Counted from the stretch's first letter, positions 1 through 9,448 are shown. The stretch: DNA of 64,000 bases from Flavobacteriales bacterium UBA3364 (GCA_002360495.1 DEQO01000066.1:10563-74562); one strand, 5' to 3'. Notes: generated from the letters alone by a model not told the origin. Translations and numbers: made by a program.

Positions 1-123
1 CTGGAGTTCAGCGGACACCACCTCCTGTTCTAGGTCATCCGGTGTAACCGCCTGAAGTCCGAAAATCACCTCAACAGCAGGGGGATGGGCCAACGGCTTC
101 GGTGCTAATGAACGATCTGGCAT
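1..123 (-). CDS. partial ORF (5' end only, continues past left window edge), function unknown
   Basis: Minus-strand ATG at 123-121, open for 41 codons to position 1 (MPDRSLAPKPLAHPPAVEVIFGLQAVTPDD...). The PPAVEVIFGLQ start is reminiscent of TIGR04255-type N-termini, but 41 aa is too little to call. Confidence 0.25.
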   Translation of the reverse strand, partial: MPDRSLAPKPLAHPPAVEVIFGLQAVTPDDLEQEVVSAELQ

Positions 124-377
124 TGGGGAGAGCATCGCAAATGTAGAATGTCGGGGTGCTCCCATCTGGCACTTGGGTCTTACAACTTGTTAAGGTCCTC
201 TTGTCCAGAAGGAGAGCCCACGGCTGACAAGCATTTGTCATAGGGTGAATGCCACGCTATGCCCATGGGTTCTGTTCAAAAGATTGCCCGAGGAGCAGTC
301 CTCTCCTTTGGGCGAACGTCCCCGGTGGTTTCCTTTGCGTCAATGTCTACCTTGTCAATCACCGATCGCCGAGAAAC

Positions 378-821
378 ATGTCACAGCTAAGCAACAAGGA
401 CTGGTTGCTAATGGCGCTTGAGCATGGTCATAGACTCCAGCCAGTGCAGTTGCAGAAGAGCTTGTTTCTCCTCGGCAGGAATCTGTCCCCCGAGAAGTTA
501 CAGAACGACTCCTTCTACAAGTTCGAGGCGTATGACTATGGCCCCTTTTGTGGCGAGGTTTATAAAGATGCTGAAGCGCTTGAGGGGAATGGCATGATCG
601 CCATAATGCGACCACCGTTGGTGCGGTTCAACATCTACGAAATCACGGATTTGGGTACCGAGCACGCTCGTGCATTGCGGAAGTCGTTGGATGAGGCGAC
701 GACATCCTATTTGGATGCCGTCGTTGACTTTACGAAGAGTCTCTCGTTCACTGAACTGGTGAGCGCCATCTATAAGGCGTATCCTGAGATGCGCGAAAAG
801 AGTGTATTCCGCGAACCATGA
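378..821 (+). CDS. YwgA / Panacea(DUF4065)-like winged-helix protein, function unknown
   Basis: ORF 249..821; preferred start is ATG 378 (MSQLSNKDW...). LQKSLFLL ... FEAYDYGPFCGEVYKDAEALEGNGMIAI resembles the LQKLxYL ... F.AW.YGP..VY core of SocA/Panacea-YwgA type proteins. Its stop overlaps the next start (ATGA, 818-821). Confidence 0.6.
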   Translation: MSQLSNKDWLLMALEHGHRLQPVQLQKSLFLLGRNLSPEKLQNDSFYKFEAYDYGPFCGEVYKDAEALEGNGMIAIMRPPLVRFNIYEITDLGTEHARALRKSLDEATTSYLDAVVDFTKSLSFTELVSAIYKAYPEMREKSVFREP

Positions 822-1618
822 CCCTGATAGTTGGCATACTGTGCAAAGACGGCGTTGTGGTTGCGTCCGATAGTGCCGCCACTTTTGCGGCAACTGGGAG
901 GCCGACAATTGGTCAGCAGGCTATCCAGAAGATTATTCGTGTTAACGAGCATGTTCTGTTTGCCTCGACAGGTGCCGTGGGAATAGGGCAAGTGCTAGCT
1001 GACCATATGGCCACTTTGTGGAAAGCAAATCAGCTCGGAGGCCAACGAACTCCACCACAGGTGATGAATCACCTTGGTCAAGAGATTAACAAAGTCGTTT
1101 TTCCATACCTGCAGTCCGCCCAGATGCAGCATAAGCTAGTTGGAGAAGCCGGACAATCGCTGTGTAAGTCGTTAGTAGCAATGCCGGTAGGTCGGGAGGC
1201 ATGCTTGTTCAACTTCGACTTCAACGGCGCACCAGAACAGTCAACTAAGGACATACCGTTCATTGCCCTCGGTAGTGGACAGCCTATAGCTGACCCTTTC
1301 TTGGCTTTCCTGAAACGAGTGTTGTGGCCATCACGCGAACCAACACTTGCGGAGGGCCGACTCGCTGCAATATGGACGATAAACCATGTCACCAGGACCA
1401 ACCCAGGTGGTGTTGGTGGGAATATTCAACTCGCTACACTATCAAGTGTAGTAGGTGGTGAATTGGCCGTTCAAGTGGCAACACAAGAAGAGATCACTGA
1501 GCACCTACAGCGTGTTGATACGGCGGAGAAAGCACTAGTAAAGGAGCTTGAAGGTTCTCCGTCCAGCGCTGCTGCCACGGTACCGGTGCCACATGGCGCC
1601 AATGGCCCCAACAATTGA
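818..1618 (+). CDS. proteasome-beta / HslV-like N-terminal-nucleophile Thr peptidase homologue
   Basis: Starts MT-LIVGILCKDGVVVASDS. Thr follows the initiator Met directly, Asp lies 16 residues later, a Lys sits in QKIIRV and a GSG motif in FIALGSGQP. This is the Thr1/Asp17/Lys33/Ser129-type set of proteasome-fold peptidases. Confidence 0.75.
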   Translation: MTLIVGILCKDGVVVASDSAATFAATGRPTIGQQAIQKIIRVNEHVLFASTGAVGIGQVLADHMATLWKANQLGGQRTPPQVMNHLGQEINKVVFPYLQSAQMQHKLVGEAGQSLCKSLVAMPVGREACLFNFDFNGAPEQSTKDIPFIALGSGQPIADPFLAFLKRVLWPSREPTLAEGRLAAIWTINHVTRTNPGGVGGNIQLATLSSVVGGELAVQVATQEEITEHLQRVDTAEKALVKELEGSPSSAAATVPVPHGANGPNN

Positions 1619-1741
1619 ACTCTGTTGGCTTTTCGTTGTTCGCGTGAGCGATTGAAGCGGAAAGCCCGGAGCCGGTAATCCGGCGAGGACTTGCAGCGGA
1701 AAGCGCGACGGCGAGTCTTCGAGCCGGCACGCCCTAATGAC

Positions 1742-4627
1742 CTAAGCCTTCGCGACCACTTCGCCTTCCTTGCGCAAATGCGTTTTCCGCGCCTTGCGGA
1801 TGCGACACGTCACCACCTTGTACTCCGGGCACATCGCCAGTGAATCGCTCACACTGCTGGTGATCACGTTCAGCATGATCTCCGGGAAGTGGAAGGTGCT
1901 GGAGAGGATGCCCGGCTTCACCTCGTCGGTCACCTTCGCCTTGATGTCCACCTTGCCGCGGGGGCTTTCCACGCAGACCATGTCGCCATCGGCGATGCCG
2001 TTCTGCTGCGCGTCGAAGGGGTTGATGAGGAGCACGTCCTCGGTGAGGATCACCTCGTTGCCGGTGCGCCGCGTCATGGCGCCGCAGTTGTAGTGCTCCA
2101 GCTCGCGGTTGGTGGTGATGATGTAGGGGTAGTCCTTCTCGTTGGCGCGCACCTCGGGGCTCTTCTCCCACGCGTTGAAGTAGAAGTGGCCCAGCCCGCG
2201 CTTGAAGGTGTCGGTGTGCAGGATCTTGGTGTCGGTGCCATCGGGCTTCACGGGCCATTGCTTGCCGTTCTCGCCCAGCTCGTCCCACTTCACGCCGGCG
2301 AAGAAGGGCACGATGCGGCTTATCTCGCGCAGCACCCAATCGGGGTGGTAGTCGGTCTTCTCATTCCCGCTCTTCCTGCCGGTCTTGGCGGCGTAGCGCT
2401 CCATGATGTCGCAGGTGATCTGGCCGTCGCTCTTGGTGCCTTCGATGGGCTCCACCGCGGCGTTCACGCGCTGGATGCGGCGCTCGCCGTTGGTGAAGGT
2501 GCCGCTCTTCTCCAGGAAGCTGGCGCCGGGCAATACGACGTGGGCGAGCTTGGCGGTCTCGGTCATGAAGAGCTCCTGCACCACGAAGAGCTCGAGCTCG
2601 CCGAGGGCCTTGCGCACGTGCAAGGTGTTGGGGTCCGTCTGGCCCATGTCCTCGCCTACCACCCAGAAGGCCTTGAGGGTGCCTGCGAGCATGGCATCGT
2701 ACATCTGCGGGATCTTCTTGCCGATCACGCTGGGGATCTCGGTGCCGTAGAACTCGTTGTAGAGCTGCGCGTACTCCGGGTTGTCCACCGCGTAGTAGCC
2801 CGCGCCCTGGTGGGGCTGGCAGCCCATGTCGGCCGCGCCCTGCACGTTGTTCTGGCCGCGCAACGGGTTCACGCCCACGCCGCGCCGTCCGATGTTGCCG
2901 GTCATCATGGCGATGTCGGCGATCTGCATCACGGTGAAGGTGCCCTGGTAGTGCTCGGTGACGCCCAGGCCGTGGAAGCTCATGGCGGCGGGGCTCTTGG
3001 CGTAGGCCATCGCGGCCTCGCGCACCAGGTTGCGGTCCACACCCGTCTCGCGCTCCATGGCGGCGATGTCCACGGCGAGCAGCTCCTTCTTGAAGTCGGC
3101 GTAGCCCTCCGTGCGCGTGTCGATGAAGTCCTGCTTCACCAGCCCCTCGCTCACGATGTAGTACATGAACATGTTGAGCAGGGCCACGTTGGTGCCGGGC
3201 TTCAGCTGCAGGTGGTAGTTGGCGTAGCGGGCCAGCTCGGTGCGACGCGGGTCGATCACGATCAGCGTCTTCCCCTTCATCACCTGCTGCTTGATCTTGG
3301 CGCCGGTCACAGGGTGCGCGTCGGTGGGGTTGGCGCCGATCACCATGATGGTGTGCGTGTCGCGCAGGTCGTCGATGCTGTTGGTGGCCGCGCCAGTGCC
3401 AAACGTCTTCTGCATGCCCAGGGCCGTGGGGCTGTGGCACACGCGCGCGCAGCTGTCGATGTTGTTGGTGCCCACCTGCGCGCGGAAGAACTTCTGCAGG
3501 AGGTAGTTCTCCTCGTTGGGGCAGCGCGCGCTGCTCACGCCGCCGAGCGCGTCGGGACCATGCTTCTCGCGGATCTTCATGAAGCCGTCCACGATGAAGT
3601 CGTAGGCCTCGTCCCAGGTGGCGGGAACGAACTCGCCATTGCGCTTGATCAGCGGCGTGCGCAGCCGCTCCGGGTGATCGTAGAAGCGGAACGCGTAGCG
3701 GCCCTTGAGGCAGGTGTGGCCCTGGTTGGCCTCGGCGTCGTAAGGCGCGGTGATGCCCGCCACCTTGCCGTCCTTCACCTTCACTTCCAGGTTGCAGCCC
3801 ACACCGCAATACGTGCATACGGTGCGCACCACCTCTTCGGCCTTGGTCTCCTTGGCGCGGAACACGTCGGTGATGGCGCTGGTGGGGCAGGCCTGCGCAC
3901 AGGCGCCGCAGCTCACGCAATCGCTGTCGAAGAAGCTCTCGCCGGTACCCTTGGCGATCCAGCTATCGAAACCACGACCGGCCATGGTGAGCACCATCTC
4001 GCCCTGCACCTCGTCGCAAGCGCGCACGCAGCGGTAGCAGTTGATGCAGCTCTCCAGGTCGCTCACCATGTAAGGGTGGCTGGTGTCCTTCGCGAAGGCG
4101 CGATCCGTTCCCGCGGCATCCAGCGGGTGTGCGCCCTTGGGGTAGCGCACGCTGTCCAGGTCGAAGCCGATCTGTTGCACCACGTTGTAGAGCTCGTTGG
4201 CGCCGTGGTCCTCGGTCTTCAGCTTGTCCACCGGGTAGTTGGTGAGCACCAGCTCCACGATGTTCTTGCGCAGCCGCTCCATGCGGGGGCTGTTCACCGT
4301 GATGTATTGTCCTTTCGCCACCGGCGTATGGCAACTGGCCATCACCTTGCTGGGGCCATCCTGCTGCAGGGCGACTTCCACGGAGCACACGCGGCAGCTG
4401 CCGAAGGGCTCCAGGTTGGGCGCATCGCAAAGCGTGGGCACCGGGTTGGGCCCCATGTGGCGCTTGAGGAAAGCAAGCATGGTCTCGCCCTTGTTGATGG
4501 GGTAGGCCACGCCATCGATGTAAGCGACATCCACTTCCACGGCCGCCTTGTTCGAGGTAGTGGGGGCTGACTGCGTCTTGGCGACGGGGGCGGGGGAGCC
4601 GGAATGCTTGGCCTGTGGCTGGTTCAT
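1742..4627 (-). CDS. fdsA: formate dehydrogenase alpha subunit (NAD-dependent type: Fe-S N-terminus plus molybdopterin domain)
   Basis: ORF 1742..4735; start moved to ATG 4627 (MNQPQAKH). Has 2Fe-2S/4Fe-4S cysteine clusters (CRVCSVE, CINCYRCVRAC, CVSCGACAQACP), the CTYCGVGC motif, and the Mo-ligand region ARVCHSPT (Cys, not Sec). Confidence 0.9.
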   Translation of the reverse strand: MNQPQAKHSGSPAPVAKTQSAPTTSNKAAVEVDVAYIDGVAYPINKGETMLAFLKRHMGPNPVPTLCDAPNLEPFGSCRVCSVEVALQQDGPSKVMASCHTPVAKGQYITVNSPRMERLRKNIVELVLTNYPVDKLKTEDHGANELYNVVQQIGFDLDSVRYPKGAHPLDAAGTDRAFAKDTSHPYMVSDLESCINCYRCVRACDEVQGEMVLTMAGRGFDSWIAKGTGESFFDSDCVSCGACAQACPTSAITDVFRAKETKAEEVVRTVCTYCGVGCNLEVKVKDGKVAGITAPYDAEANQGHTCLKGRYAFRFYDHPERLRTPLIKRNGEFVPATWDEAYDFIVDGFMKIREKHGPDALGGVSSARCPNEENYLLQKFFRAQVGTNNIDSCARVCHSPTALGMQKTFGTGAATNSIDDLRDTHTIMVIGANPTDAHPVTGAKIKQQVMKGKTLIVIDPRRTELARYANYHLQLKPGTNVALLNMFMYYIVSEGLVKQDFIDTRTEGYADFKKELLAVDIAAMERETGVDRNLVREAAMAYAKSPAAMSFHGLGVTEHYQGTFTVMQIADIAMMTGNIGRRGVGVNPLRGQNNVQGAADMGCQPHQGAGYYAVDNPEYAQLYNEFYGTEIPSVIGKKIPQMYDAMLAGTLKAFWVVGEDMGQTDPNTLHVRKALGELELFVVQELFMTETAKLAHVVLPGASFLEKSGTFTNGERRIQRVNAAVEPIEGTKSDGQITCDIMERYAAKTGRKSGNEKTDYHPDWVLREISRIVPFFAGVKWDELGENGKQWPVKPDGTDTKILHTDTFKRGLGHFYFNAWEKSPEVRANEKDYPYIITTNRELEHYNCGAMTRRTGNEVILTEDVLLINPFDAQQNGIADGDMVCVESPRGKVDIKAKVTDEVKPGILSSTFHFPEIMLNVITSSVSDSLAMCPEYKVVTCRIRKARKTHLRKEGEVVAKA

Positions 4628-4798
4628 GCGATGGCGTGCTGGCCTGCGGAAGGCAGGAAGGACGAAGATAGTCGGCAGTGCTGCCCATGCCCTTGGCCCG
4701 GACAGCGCATTGGCCGAATGGCCGACATTCATCAATTTCGTTCCGTCTGTCCAAGGACGGCACTACCCACCACCAGCCCTGCCAGCAACGAAGCGAAG

Positions 4799-5347
4799 AT
4801 GAAACGCCCCATCGACCTCCACGCCATCGGCGAGCGCATACAGTTCAACGATGCCCGCGAGCGCACCAACGGCCGGCGCAGCGAAGCCACCCTCAGTCTC
4901 GGTCCCGGCAACAAGGGTCCCGGTGCGCACATGCACATCGGCCAGGAAGAAGGCTTCAAGGTGCTTAGCGGGAAATTGATCGTCACCATCGGGAAGAAGG
5001 AAGTCACCTTGGGACCCGGCGAGAGCGCGGTGATCCGTTCCGGCGAGGCGCACAACTTCCGCAATGCGAGCAGCACCGAGCGGGTGGAGGCCGAATTCTG
5101 GTACGAGCCCGCCCTCCACATCGAGTGGATGCTGCAATCGATGGGAGAGGATGCGATGGCGAGAGGTGGCGATTGGAAGAAAGCTCCCATCCTCACCGTC
5201 ATCCACGCCCTGTGGAAGATGCGGAAGGAGTACCGCTTGGCGGGCATGCCCTTCTGGCTCCAGGATGGGCTGTTCGGCACCTTCGCGTTTATTGCACGCC
5301 TCACAGGTGCGCACAAGCGGTGGCCGCTGCCGGAGGGGCTGCGGTGA
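4799..5347 (+). CDS. cupin domain protein
   Basis: ATG 4799 within ORF 4604..5347. Both cupin motifs are present (GPGAHMHIGQEEGFKVLSG and GPGESAVIRSGEAHNFRN). Confidence 0.75.
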   Translation: MKRPIDLHAIGERIQFNDARERTNGRRSEATLSLGPGNKGPGAHMHIGQEEGFKVLSGKLIVTIGKKEVTLGPGESAVIRSGEAHNFRNASSTERVEAEFWYEPALHIEWMLQSMGEDAMARGGDWKKAPILTVIHALWKMRKEYRLAGMPFWLQDGLFGTFAFIARLTGAHKRWPLPEGLR

Positions 5348-5439
5348 GGCCGGCTGCAAGTCGCATATCCTCGTTGCGTGTCGCAGCGGAAGGCGATTGC
5401 GATGAATACAGACCGCACCGCACAGACTACCTTGCTGCG

Positions 5440-5964
5440 ATGGGTCGGCTCCTTGTGTGCTTTTGCTGCATGGTGGCGTGCGGCAGCCTGGTCGCACAAC
5501 AGGACAGCTTGGCACTGCCCTATCCCCGTGGACATGTGGGTCACTTCTACCGCGATGAGATCACCTTGCTCGCCGGTTTCAACCAAGGGCGTTATGGTTT
5601 TGCTGAGCTAGGGGTAGGTCGTAGCGCGTATGGTGTGGTGCATCATCCGTTGGGCGTGGGCTATTTCGCCGGCGCCGAGCTGCGACCGGATCGGCCCGAA
5701 TTGATCGGATGGAAATTGGGTGGCTACATCACCTTTGGTGGCGAGATGGGCTTGCAGCTGATCCGTTATCAAGAAGGTGCTGCGGGCAGCACGGTGATCC
5801 GGCCGGAGTTGGGCATCGGGATCTGGAAGGCAAGGCTGGCCTATGCGTACAACATCAACCTCTCACCATCGCGCATCGACGGCATCAACACGCACATGGT
5901 GAGCATGAGCTATGCGTTGCGGATGTTCACGCTCTCAGCGCGTGATGACCGTTTTCCGAAGTAG
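5440..5964 (+). CDS. hypothetical secreted / outer-membrane protein
   Basis: ATG 5440 within ORF 5125..5964. Signal-like N-terminus MGRLLVCFCCMVACGSLVAQQ, followed by Gly/aromatic-rich alternating beta-strand-like sequence. Confidence 0.5.
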   Translation: MGRLLVCFCCMVACGSLVAQQDSLALPYPRGHVGHFYRDEITLLAGFNQGRYGFAELGVGRSAYGVVHHPLGVGYFAGAELRPDRPELIGWKLGGYITFGGEMGLQLIRYQEGAAGSTVIRPELGIGIWKARLAYAYNINLSPSRIDGINTHMVSMSYALRMFTLSARDDRFPK

Positions 5965-6005
5965 AGGTCGTGACGCTCACCGCCAGGATGGACGGGGGAA
6001 GGCCT

Positions 6006-7691
6006 TCAGCCTTTGAAATGCTCGTTCAGCTCCGGTCCGAAGTACTGCAACGCATTCTTCACTCCCAACGGCAATCCACCCCCCAGAGCGCACAGGCTGC
6101 CGATCTCCATCGTCTCCAACAGGTCGTTGAAGAGCGCGCGGTCGATCTTGACGTTCGCGGTGCGGGCGCGGTGTAGCAGTTCCTCGCCGCGCTTGCTGCC
6201 GATGCGGCAGGGGAAACACTTGCCGCAGCTCTCCACGGCTGTGAACTCGAACAGGTGCTCGAGGTATTCGACCATCGGGAAATCTTCGGGGATGCACAGC
6301 ACGCTGGCGTGTCCGAGGAGGAAGCCTTCCTTCTGAAACGTTTCGAAGTCGATGCTGAGTGAGTCGATCTTGTGCATGGGCACGATGCCGCCAAGGGGAC
6401 CGCCGATGTGTAACGCTTTCACCTTCTTCTTGAAGCCTTGCCCCAGCTCATCGATGACCTTGCTCAATGGAGTGCCGCACTCCACTTCATACAGGCCGGG
6501 CCGGTTGAAGGCGCTATCGAGCGAAACGAGTTTGGTGCCGTTGCTCTTCTCGGTGCCGAGCTTCGCGAAGGCCGCACCGCCGTGTTGCACAACCCAGGGC
6601 ACACAAGCCAGGGTCTCCACGTTGTTCACCACCGTAGGCCGGTTGAACAAGCCCTGTTGCGCAGGGTAGGGGGGACGCGTGCGCACCTCGCCACGCTTGC
6701 CCTCGATGCTGTTGAGCAATGCGGTCTCCTCACCGCACACGTATGCCCCGGCTGCCTTGATCACCTTGAAGCGGTAATTGAAACCGCTGCCCTTGATGTT
6801 CTTGCCGATCCAACCCTTCGCTTCGATGTCCGCTACGGCCCGTTTCACGATCTCCACCGCTTCGGGGTATTCTGCGCGGATGTAAAGGACACCGGTGTCA
6901 GCGCCTACACAATAGCCGGCGATCATCATGCCGAGCAATACCAGATGAGGCCGTTGTTCGAGCAGGTACCGATCGCTGAAGGCGGCGGGATCACCTTCGT
7001 CCGCATTGCACACAATGTACTTGCGCGGCGTTCCATTGCCGGTGGTGTCCTGTGCCTCGCGGCAGGCCTGCAACTTGAAGCCCATCGGGAAGCCTGCGCC
7101 TCCTCTTCCTCTGATGGTGGCGATCTTGATCTCGTTCAGTACATCCGCACTGTCGCTCTTCAGCACGCGCTCCCATAGTGCGTAGAACGCATCGAGCGAA
7201 GGCATCGGGGCGATGAGGATCGGGTCCTTCATCGACGTGCCGACATGATGCCGTCCGTTCGCGTCACCTTTCTTCTCCTTCACGATAGTGCCCAGCGTGT
7301 CGATGCTCGCGCCGCTGTAGTTCTTTCCACCCAGGTTGAAGGCGCCGTTCTCGTGACAGCGGCCGAGGCAGCACATATGCCCGATCTCCTCTTCCTTGAA
7401 GTGTTTCCTCAGTTCATGATGGACATGGTCCTGAGTTCCGGCCACGAGACAAGTGGATCCGTTGCACACGTAAGCCTTCTTGCCTTCGTTCTCGCGCCGC
7501 AGGAAGTCATAGAAGGAGGAGGTGCCGTAAGTGACGGCTTCACCCACCAGGAAGCTGTCAGCCACCTGCGTCAGATGATCTGCGGCGGGTGAACCTCCGT
7601 CGCGGTCGGATGCCATTTGCAGACGCTCCCACAGGGAGTCGTCCAATTCCTTGCCGTCGCGGCCGCTGAGCGATGAGATGTTCTTGGACAT
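6006..7691 (-). CDS. fdsB: formate dehydrogenase beta subunit (fused NuoE-like 2Fe-2S plus NuoF-like NAD/FMN/4Fe-4S)
   Basis: ORF 6006..7781; start moved to ATG 7691 (MSKNISS). NuoE-type cysteines (CNGSTC...CCLGRC), the NuoF motifs GRGGAGFPMGFK and NADEGDP, and C-terminal ESCGKCFPCR. Confidence 0.9.
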   Translation of the reverse strand: MSKNISSLSGRDGKELDDSLWERLQMASDRDGGSPAADHLTQVADSFLVGEAVTYGTSSFYDFLRRENEGKKAYVCNGSTCLVAGTQDHVHHELRKHFKEEEIGHMCCLGRCHENGAFNLGGKNYSGASIDTLGTIVKEKKGDANGRHHVGTSMKDPILIAPMPSLDAFYALWERVLKSDSADVLNEIKIATIRGRGGAGFPMGFKLQACREAQDTTGNGTPRKYIVCNADEGDPAAFSDRYLLEQRPHLVLLGMMIAGYCVGADTGVLYIRAEYPEAVEIVKRAVADIEAKGWIGKNIKGSGFNYRFKVIKAAGAYVCGEETALLNSIEGKRGEVRTRPPYPAQQGLFNRPTVVNNVETLACVPWVVQHGGAAFAKLGTEKSNGTKLVSLDSAFNRPGLYEVECGTPLSKVIDELGQGFKKKVKALHIGGPLGGIVPMHKIDSLSIDFETFQKEGFLLGHASVLCIPEDFPMVEYLEHLFEFTAVESCGKCFPCRIGSKRGEELLHRARTANVKIDRALFNDLLETMEIGSLCALGGGLPLGVKNALQYFGPELNEHFKG

Positions 7692-7819
7692 GGAGCCCCA
7701 AGGTAAGAACAGCTGGCGCCCACAGCGGCCATGTCCATTCGACGAACTGGATCGGCTTCGTATCTTCACGTCGCTTCGCATCGACCACCCGCCGTTTACG
7801 CGGCCCGAACCACTCTCCC

Positions 7820-8806
7820 ATGAAGAAGCTGCTCAAGGTCATTGGCCTCCTATTGCTGGTCATCGTCGTGCTCGCCGTCGGTGGCATCACCTATATCACA
7901 CAAGCCTTGCCGGACATCGATGTGCCGACCGACCTGAAGGTGGAGGCGACCCCGGAGCGATTGGAGCGGGGTGCCTACCTGGCGAACAGTGTTTGTGTAT
8001 GCATGGACTGCCATAGTACGCGGGATTGGGATACGTTCGCCGCACCACTGGTGGCGGGTACCTTGGGAAAAGGAGGGGAGCGTTTCGATGAGACCATGAA
8101 CTTCCCGGGGACCTTCTTCTCGAAGAACGTGACCCCCTTCGCGTTGAAGGATTGGAGCGACGGCGAGATCTACCGGGCGATCACGAGCGGCGTAAGCAAG
8201 GATGGGCATCCGTTCTTTCCCGTGATGCCGTACCCGAATTACAACAAGCTGGCGACGGAGGATGTGTACAGTATCATCGCTTATCTGCGATCGCTACCTC
8301 CGCAGGAGAACACGCCTCCGCCGAGCGAACCCGCGTTCCCCTTGAGCGTTATCCTGCACACCATTCCATCTCCAGCAGCTCCGATGGATCTTCCCGATCC
8401 TTCCGATGCCTTGGCGAACGGCGCATACCTGTTGAACGCAGCCGGCTGCGGTGAATGTCACACCAGGACCGAGAAGGGCAAGAAGGTGGGAGAACCGCTT
8501 GCGGGCGGGTTCGAGTTCAAATTCCCCAATGGAAGTGTATTGCGTTCGCCCAATATCACGCCCAGTGAGGATGGCGGTATCGGCCGCTGGACGAAGGAGC
8601 AGTTCATCCAACGCTTCAGGATCTACTCGGATAGCGCCTACGTGGCACCGAAGATCGATTGGGCGAGCGGTCAGATGCAGACAGTGATGCCGTGGATGAT
8701 GTACGCGGGCATGAGCGATGCCGATCTTGGTGCGATCTTCGATCACCTGATGACCGTCAAGCCTGTTGCAGGAACGATCGAGAAGTGGACGCCAGCGGGA
8801 TCCTGA
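7820..8806 (+). CDS. membrane-anchored dihaem c-type cytochrome
   Basis: ATG 7820 within ORF 7673..8806. N-terminal TM helix (MKKLLKVIGLLLLVIVVLAV) and two CxxCH motifs (CMDCH, CGECH). Confidence 0.8.
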   Translation: MKKLLKVIGLLLLVIVVLAVGGITYITQALPDIDVPTDLKVEATPERLERGAYLANSVCVCMDCHSTRDWDTFAAPLVAGTLGKGGERFDETMNFPGTFFSKNVTPFALKDWSDGEIYRAITSGVSKDGHPFFPVMPYPNYNKLATEDVYSIIAYLRSLPPQENTPPPSEPAFPLSVILHTIPSPAAPMDLPDPSDALANGAYLLNAAGCGECHTRTEKGKKVGEPLAGGFEFKFPNGSVLRSPNITPSEDGGIGRWTKEQFIQRFRIYSDSAYVAPKIDWASGQMQTVMPWMMYAGMSDADLGAIFDHLMTVKPVAGTIEKWTPAGS

Positions 8807-8810
8807 TCGG

Positions 8811-9230
8811 CTACTTCGGGAACACCTGGATGGTCACCTCCTTCTCCACCATGTCGTTGAAGGTGCCCACGTAGCGCGTGGAGCGCACGATATGGTTGTC
8901 GATCCAATGGTAGTTGCCACCACGCGGCTTGCCGAACAGGATGCCGTGGTGTTTGAAGCCGTGCTTGTTCAGCCAGGCCTCCGTCACTTCGCGATGCGCC
9001 TCGGTGCGTGAGGTGAAGAAGGTGATGATGTGGCCTTGGTCGTACCAGCGGTTGCACGTGTCCAATGCGTCGGGGAAGATCGCGGCATCCAACATCCGTT
9101 CGGGTTCCTCGTTGGGAATGTCCTCGCAGATCGTTCCGTCGATATCGATCAGGTAGTTCTTGATGCCATCAGGCAGGCCGGGACTTGCTTTTTTCCCATC
9201 CTGATAGAGGTCTTGTAAGGGTGTTGACAT
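8811..9230 (-). CDS. HAD-superfamily phosphatase/nucleotidase-like protein
   Basis: HAD motif I, LIDIDGTI, near the N-terminus; small 139-aa single-domain ORF. Confidence 0.7.
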   Translation of the reverse strand: MSTPLQDLYQDGKKASPGLPDGIKNYLIDIDGTICEDIPNEEPERMLDAAIFPDALDTCNRWYDQGHIITFFTSRTEAHREVTEAWLNKHGFKHHGILFGKPRGGNYHWIDNHIVRSTRYVGTFNDMVEKEVTIQVFPK

Positions 9231-9256
9231 GGGTCCGTCTTCCTATCAAAGGTAGT

Positions 9257-9442
9257 TCAACCTTCCTCGTCCGGGTCCATGGCCTTGCTGCGCTTCCGTT
9301 GCGCTCCGCGTTTCTTGTTCGGCACCACCTTGGGCCGGAACCTGCCATCGAGAGCGCCTTGTGCCTTCTGTTCTTCACGCTTCGCGCCGCGCTCCACTTG
9401 CAGGAGGTCCTTCTTCGGGTCGCGTTTCTTCTTCTTTGCCAT
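9257..9442 (-). CDS. possible small highly basic protein (61 aa)
   Basis: The ORF starts 6 nt after the yhhQ stop on the same strand (MAKKKKRDPKKDLL...). Composition only; no recognisable domain. Confidence 0.3.
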   Translation of the reverse strand: MAKKKKRDPKKDLLQVERGAKREEQKAQGALDGRFRPKVVPNKKRGAQRKRSKAMDPDEEG

Positions 9443-9448
9443 CGGTAC

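Noticed and set aside
1656-1704. Direct 10-nt repeat AGCGGAAAGC (1656 and 1695) between convergent genes
   Set aside because: It is too short, occurs only twice, and has no spacer/repeat periodicity, so it is not CRISPR- or att-like.
3400-3440. Possible selenocysteine (in-frame TGA) at the Mo-ligand position of the formate dehydrogenase
   Set aside because: The ligand position reads ARVCHSPT with an ordinary Cys codon, and there is no in-frame TGA.
1889-4570. 893-aa plus-strand ORF
   Set aside because: It is antisense to the clearly homologous formate dehydrogenase alpha gene. Its Ala/Gly/Val/His-rich low-complexity translation is typical of a GC-rich shadow ORF.
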